A stretch of 64,000 nucleotides of DNA, taken from contig OZ024745.1 in NCBI GenBank assembly GCA_964016885.1, positions 102,362,001-102,426,000 on the forward strand. Reading direction: 5' to 3'. The stretch comes from Eledone cirrhosa (taxonomy: Eukaryota). A program made the position numbers and the translations under genes. Shown piece by piece: positions 25,846 through 39,789 of the stretch; the stretch's first letter is position 1; the number at the start of each line of letters is the position of its first letter. The notes under the pieces were generated by a model. That model ran no database searches and was not told where the DNA came from. It saw only the letters and a list, made by a program, of their open reading frames with translations.

Positions 25846-26638
25846 AAGAAGTTTAGGGAACTACTACCACTGCTAGCTGCAAAAGGCTTCTCCCTCAGAA
25901 TGAAAGGCAGACTGTATGATGCGTGTATCCGAACAGCGATGTTGCATGGTAGTGAGACCTGGGCGCTGAAGGTGGAAGACTTACGTAGATTAGAGAGAAA
26001 CGAAGCCTGCATGCTCCGATGGATGTGTAACAGTAATATACGTGAACGACAAAGCATAAATGAATTGAGAGAGAGACTGAGCATAAGAGGAATCAAATGC
26101 TGCGTGCAGGAGAGGCGGTTACGCTGGTATGGACATGTGATGCGTATGAAGGATGACAGCTGCATAAAAAGGTGCAGAGCACTAGAAGTTGATGGAAACC
26201 GCGGAGTGGGGAGACCCAAGATGACTTGGGATGAGGTGATAAAAGCCGACCTTACCCAACTACACCTCTCAAAGTCAATGACACACGACCGTGACTTCTG
26301 GCGTCACGCAGTAATACAGGGTACCCGACCTCCCATGGGTACATGCTGAAGCATATAAACAATATGCCCCCCCCCCACCGCAAGGTGGTCGTGGAGGTGC
26401 CACGGCAAAAAAGCACCCAGCCCACACTGTAAAGTGGACGTGTAGGCGCCACGAAAAAGCACCCAGCACTCACTGTAAATGAGGTTGGTGTTAGGAAGGG
26501 CATCCAGCTGTAGAAATCAAGCCAGATCAGTTCCTGTATGAGCAAGGCATGGTCAGCCGACCAGACACTGCCCACAACAGGACAACCCGTCTAACCCATG
26601 CTAGCGTGGAAGAACGGACGTAAAACGGTGATGATGAT
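25846..26638 (+). mobile_element. 5'-truncated RTE-clade LINE (family R-A); C-terminal ORF fragment open to 26349, then 3' UTR
   Basis: KKFRELLPLL...GRLYDACIRTAMLHGSETW...RRLRWYGHVMR...GRPKMTW is the typical RTE C-terminus. It starts at (TA)n and ends in (GAT)n. Confidence 0.93.
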
Positions 26639-26769
26639 ATAAATGCATATATCATCATCACCGTTTACCATCCATTTTTCCATGCTTGCATGAATTAGAC
26701 AGGTTATCCACGTTGGGAGACAAGTCTGGCCAGAGTTGGCCATTCTATAACTTTCTCCAATGAGGACTG

Positions 26770-26809
<40 letters not shown>

Positions 26810-26974
26810 TGTATATATATAAACGCATAGCTTTTAACATTTGATATAAAACAACCTGAAATAACTTTTTCTAGAATACAAAACAGCTTCTTTTAAAGTG
26901 TTTATATTTATCTAAAATCTTTCCATCATAATACTATATAAGAACGTTAGCTAAATTATGTTCCAAACACGAAA

Positions 26975-27202
26975 TTAACCCTTTAATGTCCAAACTGGCT
27001 AAAACCGGCCAGAATTCTCTACCTTTTTCTGTTGAAACTGGCTGTAACAGGTTGCTCAAACTGATGTTAAGGTATTGTTCTCAAAATAAATACTTTTAAA
27101 ATCTCATAGATTCAATATTATGTGAGATAATTATGCAAGGTAAAGCCTTTACAATGAAAATATAATAGTATATATAGAGTAATGAGAATGCTGAAGGCTT
27201 TA
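26975..27202 (-). mobile_element. MITE M1 nested in an older MITE M2 (about 26830-27312)
   Basis: M1 begins at TTAA 26975; the flanks rejoin to match 4063-4298. Confidence 0.75.
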
Positions 27203-30200
27203 TAGTAAGAAAGTTTTATTACTACATTCCACCAAATTTTTGATTATTTTCAAAACTATCTGAAAATAATAGGCAGCATCCTCCATTAGAATTATAGTAA
27301 AGGGAAGGTTAATAATAATGAACAAAATATTTAGATCTTAGCCTCAGCTGTATCTATAATACTAGAGTACCAACCAAACCAATCAATTAAGGAAAGCATG
27401 AGAGGCATTTTATGTTTTAAGTTAATGAAAGTAAAACTCGAATCTGATGAAGCTAGTAATAATTTGCATCAAGGAAAAGCCACTTGAAATAATTTATTAA
27501 AACAAATTCTGAAATTTTGAAGTGCATCCTTCTTTGGTAAAAAGAATAAATAAAAATGATAATAGTAGTGGAAGGTAATTGGATATGTAGGATTAGGAGA
27601 GGGAATAATGGTAGAGGTGTGATAAATCTCTTTGTTTCAGAGTACTGTAATTTGCATAGAAGTTTGAAATTAACTGGGAAAAAAAAAACTGCTTTTAGTA
27701 AAATGGGATAAAAATTATATTCTAAATCTCGTCTTAGACTTTTTAAAATTCCCAAATCCTTCTTAATATCTTAAAAATAAACTAGTGTTAACTTCCCTTC
27801 TCTGATAACTTCTTTAATCCTTATTTCTCACTGAAGGTCACACTTTGTAGTCTTTAAAATAATTTCTTGAATCATACCTTTTTCTTACTATTTTAGCATC
27901 ATTTGTTTCAAAACTCTAAAAAGTTCTTTAATTTTTTCTTCTCTTCTTTTAGTTTAATCCTCCTCATCCACCTCCTCTTCATCATTTATATTTTTTCTCT
28001 CTTAAATACTTCCATATTTATATCTCTCTTATTTTTATTATTTTTATTATTTTAAATATTTTAGTTTGCTTTCTGTTTCTTTCCACACTAATTCATGTGC
28101 TGTTATTATTATTGTCATCATATTTGTATATCATTTTCTTCAGTGAATATTTCCAATATTAGTTTAATCCAAAACTTCAATATATTTTTTGTCAATTTTT
28201 ACTGTTTTTTTTTGTTTTTTTCATTTACCAACATTTCTGATGTTTATCTCAAATTTAATGTCAAACCTGTCCAAAAGTCCTTCTCTTCATAATAGATAAT
28301 CATAAATCCAAATTCTCAGAATCAAATCAAATTGGATTCCACTATTGATTTTGAATATTCTAAACACTGTCCCATTCAACCATTCAACAGATTATTAATA
28401 TGAAATGTTATCTTTGCAGCTTTAGCACATTCATAATATAAATGAGCTATTGAAAAAATAGATAGACAGATAGATTGAGAGAGAGCAAGAAAGAGAAAGA
28501 GAGAAGCGATAGAGGGACAGAAAAGAACAGATAAATAGTGACAGAGAGAAAGGAGATAAATATATAGAGAGAATTCCTTTATTACTAACAGAAGTATAGT
28601 TTTCTTATTTTCCCTCCCCATATCTTGTAACCAAGACAATATGTATCATTAATTCAATATCAGCCCTAATTAAGTTGCTTAAGTAACATCCTGTGAATGA
28701 ACTGTAGCTCATGGCTACACATTACTATATGGTGCTCTAACCACTTTAGATCAATTGCTTGTAATTAATGTGTTTACAGAATATTAAATTGTTGCTAGGC
28801 CATATTCCTAGAGTTGTTACGATTTGGAATTTCCTTGTAATAATTAATTATTTAGACATAACGTTTTCATCTTCCAAGTTTCTTAGACTTAAATTCTCTC
28901 TACATAATCTTCTCTTGCAATTCTGAAGGTTAACTCTGCAATGGGAATAGAGTTACCTTCATAGGAACACTTCTTGGATATTCAGTCCTAATATTCATTG
29001 TAATAAAAATCAGCAATGTATAATCATAGATTTATAATTAAATTCCCAGTGATGCATACTTCATTTCTTCTAAGTCAATTACATGTATTAAAATGGTGAA
29101 GACGTAGTGGTAAAATGTAATTATGCTTCATATTTACTTATCTAAAAAAGAAATGTACAACAGTTCAAAGTTTTAATATTTGTTATAATAGGAATAGAAA
29201 AAAAGAGATAGATGCATTGATAATCATGAATTTAACATTAGCGATTTTTTTTTCATACATAAAATGTTTCAGAAGCTATTTATCTAGCTATCTATCTATC
29301 TACAGAAGCAATTTATCTAATTTATAGCTTTTGTTTGTCATAAAATATTTGTATTACCTAGTCAAACGGAAATGGGCAGTTACCCATAGCCTTTGATTTT
29401 CACACAGAGTGTTAAGATCATTGCAATTGATGATCAGTTGAAACAACTTTCAGTTAATGTTTCAAAAAAGAATATGGTAAAGAGGGAATTCAAGAGATAA
29501 GATGATCTGGCGATGAAGGAATTCTCAAAGTACATTGACAATTGGGAGGAGATACAGAGTTGGAGAAGGTGTGTTGAGCAGAAAACTGATAAGTCTCTTG
29601 AATAGGTTGATTGTGATGATTGTAGGTGTTAACATTATTGTTATTGTTTTTATTCTGAAATGTGTATTTATGTGTAAGTTTAATAAATGTGTAAGTTTTA
29701 TTGTACCTGTGTATTTTTGGAAAGCAATGTTTTAGGGGGTCTTAAATTTATTTCATGATGGGTCATTAGATTTGTCTAGTAAATTCATTCAGATTTAGAA
29801 GAGATTTATCTGCCAATTATAGCAGACCAAGTGGTTGCTTGGAGGTATCTTTGTTTATTTGCTTCAATATAGATAATCATTTATTATATGCCCTATTGTT
29901 TCTAGCAATGTCCAAACTACTTTCCTTTATATTCATAATCTTATGTATTTTGCTATTTCCCATTTGCATCTACCATTGGGGTATCCACGGATCAGAAACA
30001 TATCTGGTTTAGTCACAGAATTAATGCCAAGCTAGGAATATGGAATTCACAGCCCTGAAGAAGGATCCATGGTTCATTTCTCAAAGCATACAGACTTATT
30101 TCATTTTACAGAATTATTCAGATTTCTTTTCCAAAACAAGAAAGGAGTCAATCTTCTGATCAGACCAATTGCTGATGCTATCTGCTGGCTGCAACTACTA

Positions 30201-31874
30201 GCTGAAGAAGACAGGATTTGAACACATAATGCACAGAGCCAGATCAGATAGCATCCTCTCTGACACTTTAACAATTCTGCCCCTGGACAGGTACTTCATC
30301 TATTGCTCTCAAGAGAATGAAAGGCAAAGTTGATCTCAACAGGATTTGAACTCAAAGTACAGAGACCTGAAACAAATATGAATATTCAACTATAGTTTGC
30401 CATTGTTTCACTATTTGTACAACTTTAAAACTGATATCCTATGAAACTCTGTTTAAAGCAAACCAATTTTCCATTTGATTAAAAAACACTAAACTAATTC
30501 TGTTATCTTATTATCAATTTTTAATCCTCTTATCATTATTCCATCTGTTAAAAGATAGATGAATATTTGATTGAACTATGAGCCAAAATTGTATGAAACT
30601 TATCAGTATTCAATCATATGTTTATATTATGGGTGATCAAATGATCATCTTAACTATGACTGTCTCCTCTTTTTAATACTTTAGAAGGCATGTAATTTTG
30701 GTATGAAAAATGCAAGATCATGTAGGAAGTAGCCATGATTATTTTAAAAGAAATACATGTTTCAGTTTATAATTTAAACAAAACAACATTCTAATTTTTG
30801 GATATCAAAAATGTTTTGTCACTTTTTTAAAATTTATGTTATTTTTATTCATCTATTAGGACATTGTGGAATAAGATGTTTGATTCTAAAGTTTTCTTTG
30901 AAATGAAGTACTATACATATTCATATAAAATACAATGTTTCATGTATATTCATATATTTTAGATATGCCATTTTTATAATATAAATTTAAATAGAGATCA
31001 GTCAAGTAGCTACAAGTCTTAGTGTTTTCATATATTTTATCCTAGACTGGATCACCATATTTTACGCATGCAATCCAATGGAGTTATGTAATGTTTCTCT
31101 AAGAAGAAAGGGAGAAAGAAAGCAATAGAGAAGTATTATGCAAATTCAAACTATATTGAACATTTTAGAATTTAAATGGATTTTATGCTTTAGGTCTAGT
31201 TTTAAGATCTCAGAGTAAGGCTTTTAATAGGACAAGCCACCCCACCATAAAGGTATGTACAAAGGTTTATGAAAGAAAATTATATCTAGAGAATTTGCTT
31301 TGGATTTGAATTTGGATCAAAGAATGGTACACTTCAAAGCTTAAAAAAAAAAACTCTCCAAAATCTATAAGAAAATAACCTAGTTTTGTAGAGGAGAAAA
31401 AACAGCAAAATGTACATCTTGTTCAGATTTTGAAGGGATACAGATTATTCATGGATTTTACAGTGGAACACTATGCCTGATGCAAGTTCCAAAGAATTTC
31501 ACTTCCCTATATATATATCATCATCACCGTTTAACGTCCGTTCTTCCACGCTAGCATGGGTTATATATATCATCATCATCATCATCGTTTAACGTCCATC
31601 TTCCACGCTTATATATATATACAGCATATTAAAAAATGGATCAGTGCGGTATCTAAATTGATTTTGCTGAACTGAATTCAGCCATATGAAGTGAAATTAT
31701 TTGAAAATCAAGAAACTGATATTATAATAAATTTAAATATAATATTATATTCAAACGATACCTAGAAAAAATACACTGTACCAGGAATTCTGTGAGTGAA
31801 GTCTTAATTTCAATTATCATCATCATCATCATCATCTGCCATGTCAAATGTGAAGAGAAAACTAGACACACATG

Positions 31875-32093
31875 TCATCATCATCATTTTACGTCAGCTT
31901 TTCCCTGCTTGCAAGGGTGGGACAGGTCCTATTCAGCACAGCATCTCTCCACTTGTCACGGTCCTTCGTCATCTCTTCCGCGATCTGAGGTCTGCTCTTA
32001 CCACCTCCGCCCATGTTTTTCGTGGTCTTCTACTACGTTTTCCTTCTACTGGGATTTCTTAGCACTTCTTTACCCAGCGGTCATCCTCCATGC
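31875..32093 (-). mobile_element. RTE 3' end, family R-B
   Basis: Reverse-complement match to 15413-15612. Confidence 0.88.
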
Positions 32094-34234
32094 TTTCAGC
32101 TAATCAATACCTTGTGAAGAAATTTGGTACAGAAATACTGTAATATACATATATATATATATCATCCTCACCATTTAATGTACAGAAATACTGTTATATA
32201 TATATATCATCATCAATGTTTAATGTCCATTTTCCATGCCAGCATGGGTTAGACAGGTTCTCCTATTTGAGGCAAGTTGGGTCAAGTGACCGTATCTTAC
32301 TCATATAGAACTGTTTCTGGCTAGGTTTCTATGGCTGGATGCCCTTCCTAATGACAACCACATTTCAACTGATATATATATATTATATATATTATATATA
32401 TATTTATATATGTATATTACAGTATTTCTGTACCAAATTCCTTCAGAAGGCATTGATTAGCTCAAAGCTAGAGTAGACCAGCTTGCCCAAGGTACTACAT
32501 AGAGGGAAGGATCCATATTGTTGCCAAGTGACCTTCTTCACTACATAGCTATGTCTGTACCCTTATATACTCCATTGTTACAAGAAAAAGAATAATTGAA
32601 CAGATTCTTTGCTTGGAAATTCCTCATGATTACCATTTCTGTCTTTGAGAAATTGAAGTCATGTTTACCAATTTCTTTATTTCATTTTAGAAAATAAGAT
32701 AAACATAATTTTTTAAACCTTTTGTTTATTACTAATGAAATAGTGTTGATAATCATTCTGAAAATAATCAAGAATTTGGAAACATTTAGCATAAGGTGGT
32801 GTTTGGAAAATAACGTAAAATTTCTTATATTAAATTATGATGGAAGGTTTTAAGATAAATATAAACAATTATGTATCAAAGAACTAAGTGCAGTTAAAGA
32901 GGTTTGTTACCAAAAGGGTTACAGATGTTTAAATTGAGAATCGTATAACATGGGAACACCACTATGCTAGGATAAATGATCAGTTGATTTGTGTTGCTAT
33001 ATTGCCAGTTAATTACAGTTGAAAATTCCTTTTACTTTATATCTAATATTTTTATAAACATATTGAAGAGTTTAAGACAGAATTGGAACATAAAAACTTA
33101 AGCTATCAAACATAGTTTTCACAATTACAGCCTTTGTGTTGCTTGCTCATATAATGCAAACAGAACCAATTATGAAATTTAACATCCATTGTTTAACAGC
33201 CTTCTGTATCTAAGCTGTGTAATAATACCACCAATCTTTCACATTCTCTCTGTTTATGATATTAAAAGCTCTAGAGGCTTAGAGATTAATAGGAAAACAT
33301 TGATATTGATAATTTCCTAATATATGAATAAAACTTCATGTTATTGTATAGTTTGGTATTAAGCTATAACATGAGGAACAAGCTACATATCAGTGTATAA
33401 TTGCATAATGCTATTATATCATCTCATGAGAGAGAGAAAGAGATATGAGAAAGGGAGGGAGAGAGGGATGTGGGAGAGAGAGGGAGAGGAGAGAGAGGGA
33501 GAGGAGAGAAAGGAAGAGGAGAGAGGGGAAGAGGAGAGAAAGGAAGAGGTAATGAGAGAATCTAATAAATGAAAAAATACTTAATAAGATAATATGAAAG
33601 AACAATTAATCCATTAGGAATATTCTATCAAAATATATTTAGACTTATGTTGGACAAATGAAAAAAGAAAAAATTGTTTTCAGAAACAACCATGAAATAT
33701 ATTGTCCTTTCATTTATTTTGTAGCAGTTTTGCTATTTTAGTAAGAGTTTCACTTATGTAAACGAAACTTATAAAACATATTAAAATTGATTTAATTAGC
33801 CAAAATTTCGGAATGATAATGTCTATGACTCCCCCCCTCCACACACACACAACAACAACAAAAAACTCAAAATTGATAAACATTCAAACAGTGAAACAAT
33901 CTATCTCCAAACTTTAAGAGAAATTATTAATTCAACATAAAATGAATACCATTAAATAATTCAACTTTTTTCTTTCTTTGATGTCTAATAAAATTATGGA
34001 ATTTTTCAAAATTCTGAAATGTTGTAGTAAACAATGAGGGAAATGTGTAAATTTCATGAAGCTTAGGATACAAAGAGCTTCTGAGAATATTTGGAAAATC
34101 CAAGGTTAATGTTAATGTACTTTTGTATATACATACACACACAAAGACACAAATACATACATATACACATATACTGTTGGTACAATAACCAGCAACCCCT
34201 CTAGTGCTGGTGTCATGAAAATGCATTCAGTACA

Positions 34235-34470
34235 CCCTGTACGATGGTTGGTGATAGGAAAGGCCTCCCTGCTGTAGGAAACCTGCTAAAACGAGCATGC
34301 TGTAAAATGGTTGGTAATTTGAAGGGCACCCTGCAGTAGGAAACCTGCTAAAACGAGCACACTGTAAAGTGGTTGGTGATTGGAAGGGCACCCTGATGTT
34401 GGAAACCTGCTAAAACAAGTACACTGTAAAGTGGTTTGAGATTGGAAGGGTATCCAGCTACAGAAAACTT
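34235..34470 (+). repeat. About 62-bp tandem repeat (4 copies) derived from a SINE/RTE 3' UTR segment
   Basis: CTGTAAAGTGGTTGGTGATTGGAAGGGCACCC...GGAAACCTGCTAAAACGAGCA recurs near 34237, 34300, 34362 and 34423. Confidence 0.8.
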
Positions 34471-35749
34471 ACCAAACAAAGAGTCAGGAAGACCCTTCAG
34501 TTGTGTCAAAGACATGACAACCTTCCCAATACCAGGGTCACAATAAAACGCTCTAGGTAGAATACCAAAACTATGCGAGATGCAAGCTCCCAAATCATTT
34601 GTGAGGCCAGTAACCCCACTTGAGACAGATATTATGTCCTTGGTTAAGGCACTTCATTTTATGTGACTCTAGTCTGAGCTGAAAAATGAGTATCAACAGC
34701 AACAGCAGTTTCATGTTAACCTAGCAACACACTGGCATCCCATCCAGGGGAAAATTTTCTTCTTTATAATCCTTTAAGTGGCAAATTAACTGAGTTGTTA
34801 GGATATTGGATAGAATGCATTATGGTATTCATCCAACCCATTGTGTGCTCTGAGTTCAAATCTCACCATGGTCAACTTTGCCTTTCATCCTTTCGAGGCC
34901 AGTAGAAAAAGTACCAGTCCAGTATTGGGGTCGATTATTCCTCTATAGAAAAAAATCGGCTGTGTTCAGACCTGGAGAGATTTGAGCTCTGACAGGTTTA
35001 AAAGTGCCCTAGATACACTGTATGATGGTACGTCTACAACTCTGCAAGAAGTTATGGGATGTTTATCCTTTATTTAATGCTTAATACCACCTGAAACAGG
35101 GATGCACACTAGCCTGATCAACTTCCAGGCTCTAGAAAATCTTGACATTTTTATAATGACAAGACTATAAGAAATTTCTTATACCTATTTCACATTAAAA
35201 TACACTCCATTTACCGAATTTCCACTGAATTTCACAACCCTTTAGCATTTATATTACTCTATATATACTATTGTATTTTCATGGTAGAGGGTTTACCTCA
35301 CATAATATCGAATCTATGAGATTTTGATATTTATTTTGAGAACAATACTTTAATGTCAGTATGAAGGGCCAGTTTAAACAAAAAGAGGTGAGAGAAATCT
35401 GGCCGGATATGGCCAGTTTATAAACATTTTATAAGGAGTTGGAAATTATTTACTTTTTAATGTTTAATAACATCAGTCTGAAAAATCACTGCCTACAGTG
35501 TGCAGTACTGACACACACTCTCATATATATATATATAGAGAGAGAGGTTATCACATACATAAAATTAAATTAAATTAAATCAATGATACATATATGTGTT
35601 GCAACTGTTCACTTTTAAGCTCAATGAAGAATTAATAAGTTAAAATCAAAAAATCAGAGCATTATATCATAAAACGTGTCTATAGAATCAGTCAGATATT
35701 AAAATATATACTATTTCTTCCTCTAATCAGCATAATTAACCATATACAT

Positions 35750-35989
35750 AATCAAATCCAGCAAGCTTTAAGAGTAAATTTTCTAACGGGGAAATCTCCG
35801 ACAAATAATTGATCACAGCCAGTTCGCGTTAACTCCGTTCCATTATTTATCAAACACTTCGGCAGCATGGAGAATCCGATCAAACATATCGTCAACCGCA
35901 CGTAATTAGTAGTAAAATTAAACTTAGAAGAAATGCGCACATACCGTAATTATATCTCGACCATGGTTTCTTCCTTGTTTAGGACATCC

Positions 35990-35990
<1 letters not shown>
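35750..35990 (-). mobile_element. Probable PLE pLTR tail with the 3' half of a hammerhead
   Basis: Minus strand GAAACCATGGTC (35970-35959) has a palindromic stem III and GUC; the segment is CpG-rich and truncated at (TA)n, with no CUGANGA. Confidence 0.45.
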
Positions 35991-36020
<30 letters not shown>

Positions 36021-36537
36021 GATCATCATCATTACAGGTTGTTCTTATTCAAATGGGTCAGTGATCACATCTCACTTGTACATTCCATTTCTAGCATACT
36101 TTCTATTACTGAATGCTCTTCCTATCAACATTCACTTTACAGAGCATATTAGGTGCATTTTATTGTACCACTATTATTAAAGATGTCTTGTTCCCGGCAA
36201 GTTTAAAGAGTTTTTTCTACTTTACATTGTGTCCATTCATATGTTCATTGGCACAAGAGGGGTTGCCTCATCACCAGAAAGACTAAGATAATCCTTCTTC
36301 CCTGCATTTTTTTTCTGGTTGTTCCTCTCTACACAACTGAATGAGAGGAAAAAGAAGTGATAGACGATGGCTAGCTTGAGAGGGTGGAGCTACAATATGG
36401 TGGAGGTTGTGAGAATTAAATAGAATCATAACTAAGAAACAGCTACATGATGGTATTTTGTAAACAAAAACTTGTTCAATTTGAATTATTGTAAAGCATC
36501 ATTATAACAGTAATAGAATAGTAATTTAGTAAGTAAT

Positions 36538-36722
36538 TGTTTCTACTTTAGGCACAAGGCCAGCAATTACCCAGTTCATTACTGGTACTTTATTTTATCG
36601 ACCCCGTAAGGATGAAAGGCAAAGTCAACCTCGGCGGGATTTGAACTCGGATCGTAAAGGGACGTAACTATGCTGGAAAGCATTGCGTCCGACCCTCTAC
36701 CGATACTGCCAATCCACCGCCC
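36538..36722 (-). mobile_element. Young family A SINE with TSD
   Basis: TSD AGTAAGTAAT on both sides. Confidence 0.93.
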
Positions 36723-38534
36723 AGTAAGTAATAAATATGTATTATAGCAAATAATGATGCATAGCCATTTGTGGTAAACTAATAACAAGAGATATATCAT
36801 ATTAGTAGTTGATATTGTTATTGTCTAGTTTTGAAAGGAGAAGGAATAGAAACAACTGAGAGGTGATAGAAGAAAAAAGATGGAAAAGAAACAGCACAAT
36901 AAGGTGATAGAAAAAGAAGAGTACTAGAAACCTTATTAAAATTGAGATTGTTGGTAACTATTCGAGTTTCAGGCTCTACAAACCTTCAGTAGACTGTAAA
37001 AGATAATCAGATGGCTATATTCCTAACAGAACACAATCTAACTCATCTGTCTTTAGGAAATTAATTGCTTAATCAATTTTGGTTGTTGGATGATTTAATA
37101 TGGTAAAGATAGCAATTACTACTCACATACTATCATCACGGAACACTGCTCCTGTGCTAACAAACTTTAAGAATTCATCCTGTTGTAATTGGGACCAATT
37201 TTAACGCAAATTTGTTTGATGCCTGTATTCTATCATGATATCAATGTTGTCTTGGTGTTTTGGTGTTTTGACTCATCACTTTATATAAGAGGAAGATACT
37301 GAGTATTGTAGAAAAGGTTGTCTCATCCACTGCAGACTAAGAAATCTCTTCACTCCATGTAATCTCTTGTTATATATACTTTTCCCATCACAGAAATTTT
37401 ACTGGTGAGCAGGTCTTATTTAGCTTGGCAAATCACCAGTTGACTCAATCCTGCAGCATCTCTTTAAGTACATTCTTCCCAACTTTTCCCCCCGTGTCTT
37501 TCTTGGTCCCCTTCAACCACAAGTTTTATCTATTTCGAGTACTTGCACCTCTTTATACTACTTCTGCTCTTCTTATGCTTCGAACCCAGAGCAATTTTCT
37601 CTATCACACACTACATTCAGTTTATTTCTTGAGTATCCCTGCTTAATAAATAAACATATGTATATATTTTTCTACAATGTGTACAGAAGGAATCTTCAAT
37701 ATACATTTTACATATTTTGATCAATAAGCATATTTAAAAGCTTTACCAACAAATCCAAAACAAGGAAACTTAATTTATTTCTCCAATGAAAAACTTAAAC
37801 TTGAATGAATTCGATTCAGTTTGCTTGCTAAGAATTGAAGAAGAAAGCAACATATAAATCTCTCACATAAAATATTCTCATTATCCCTATATTTTAATCA
37901 TCATATAGTATTTCTACAAGAAATCTTATATGAACAGATGATAGGCTCCTTTACAATCAAGCTCCTTATCCATTTCCATAATACAACATATTTATTCATG
38001 TAAAAGGAAGAACCAAAGAAATCAAAAATCTATGTTCATTTAAATTTTAACTTTAAATTCTACAAAAATTGTGAATATATTCTGAAAATAACTATTTTGT
38101 TAGAGAAAAATAATCCGTTATATTTCCATCTATCAGGACAGAAATAACTCTAACTCAATTGACAAGGCAATGTATACATAGTTGTGCTACAAATGTAAAT
38201 AAAAAGCAAAAAATATCGGTATTCACTAGAAAAAGACCAAAATGTATATGAGAAAAAGAGAGAGGTATATAGAGTGGGTGTAAAGAGTAAAACACTTCTA
38301 GTCTATATGCCCCCCCCTCTTTCTCTCTCTCAAAAGGCCTGCTCCATATATATCACAGTTATATATCTTCTTTTATATATATATATGGTTATATTGGAGT
38401 TTACCAATATAGATCCTGGTATGTCCTGCTGTTATACATTGAAATGTATGTAGGATTAAAATAATGTTTTATGTAAACTTGGTTATTCTCTCTCCATTTA
38501 TCATGCATGTGCGTGCGTATGTGCGCGTGTTTGT

Positions 38535-39240
38535 CCAGCAAATGGAAACAGAAATTTCAGAGCATTTTGATGGCCTACTCTATGAAAAAAAAACTCCATC
38601 GAGTTTTGCAAAGAAAATTGTGAGAATGAAGAACTAACATCCCTTCAACAATAGGAAAAAATTCCACCTGGTTCACCAATTAAGAAATGGAATTCAAAAA
38701 TGAACACCATACAGGTAACCCGTTCTTGAAAAGAATTAAAATTCACAACAAATAAAACAAGTAGCAAAGTGTGAAACTATGGCTATAATCCCAGGATTCA
38801 TATACAATACTATAACCCTACTAAAACAACCCAAGCACCCCTTAACTCAAGACAGGACTTGATCCGACATCGTAGATCCCAATTCACACAAAGGGAAAAA
38901 AATTACAACCGGGACCAACAACAACCTGAACCCAAGTACGTCTGAAACTACTATAAAAGACCACACAATAACAGGGAAAATGCCATCATATATAGTAATA
39001 CCCATGAATGAACAATTTTGAAAGATTTTTTAGACCAAGGCAATAGATGCACAACACCCAGGGGTACAAACCGATTTTGAAAAAGCGAAAATAATCAATC
39101 TTTCAAACACAAACCCAACAAATTAAAATCCTCTCAACAGCACTGAAATTCACCCCAACACCACAATACTCTCCAACCAATAAAATCGCATTTTAAACAA
39201 ATAGCAATCTGAGCCACTTTTTTTTGTATAAAAAAGAAAG
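38535..39240 (+). pseudogene. Degenerate Penelope-like ORF N-terminal region
   Basis: 39088-39166 encodes KIINLSN and, after a frameshift, ILSTALKFTPTPQ, matching the PLE NLS...LL.KGLKF.PTP motif. Confidence 0.6.
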
Positions 39241-39436
39241 AATTTTCAAACTCCAGTTAGATGCGAGACACACAACAGCAAAAATAGAAACCCTCCATTT
39301 CAATTTTACTTTTGATAATCATAAGAACTGTCAAATCAGCAAAGTAAATAAATATTCTTAAAAGACTCCAGTTGCATTTGCAAATTCTTTTCACACATGT
39401 GGGACATTTAAAAGAAATTGCTTTGTGCGTGTGTGT

Positions 39437-39739
39437 TGAGGCATATAGCTTAGAGGTTAGAGTGTTGGGCTTGCAATCGTGAGGTTGAGTTTGAATCTCA
39501 GACCGGGTGATGTGTTGTGTCCTTGAGGAAGGCATTTTATTTCACATTGCTCCAGTTCACTCAGCTGTAGAAATGAGTTGTGACATCACTGGTGCCAAGT
39601 TGTATCAGCCATTGCCTTTCAACATCTGAGGCATGGAGAGGAGATACGCATGGGTGATTGCTGGTCTTCCACAAACAATTATGCCCTGACTTGTGCCTCA
39701 GAGGAGAACTTTCTAGATCCAAATCCCATGGTGATTTAC

Positions 39740-39740
<1 letters not shown>
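39437..39740 (+). mobile_element. tRNA-derived SINE with a family B-like head and different body; related copy at about 58300-58655 (-)
   Basis: Head GGCATATAGCTTAGAGGTTAGAGTGTTGGGC...; body GACATCACTGGTGCCAAG shared with 58490-58510. Confidence 0.7.
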
Positions 39741-39777
<37 letters not shown>

Positions 39778-39789
39778 AACACACACACA

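Noticed and set aside
25716-26219. 167-aa minus-strand ORF
   Set aside because: Antisense shadow of the RTE ORF plus (TA)n.
30753-30790. Minus-strand GAAACATGTA hammerhead-like half
   Set aside because: No CUGANGA, convincing stem II or PLE context; expected by chance in AT-rich DNA.
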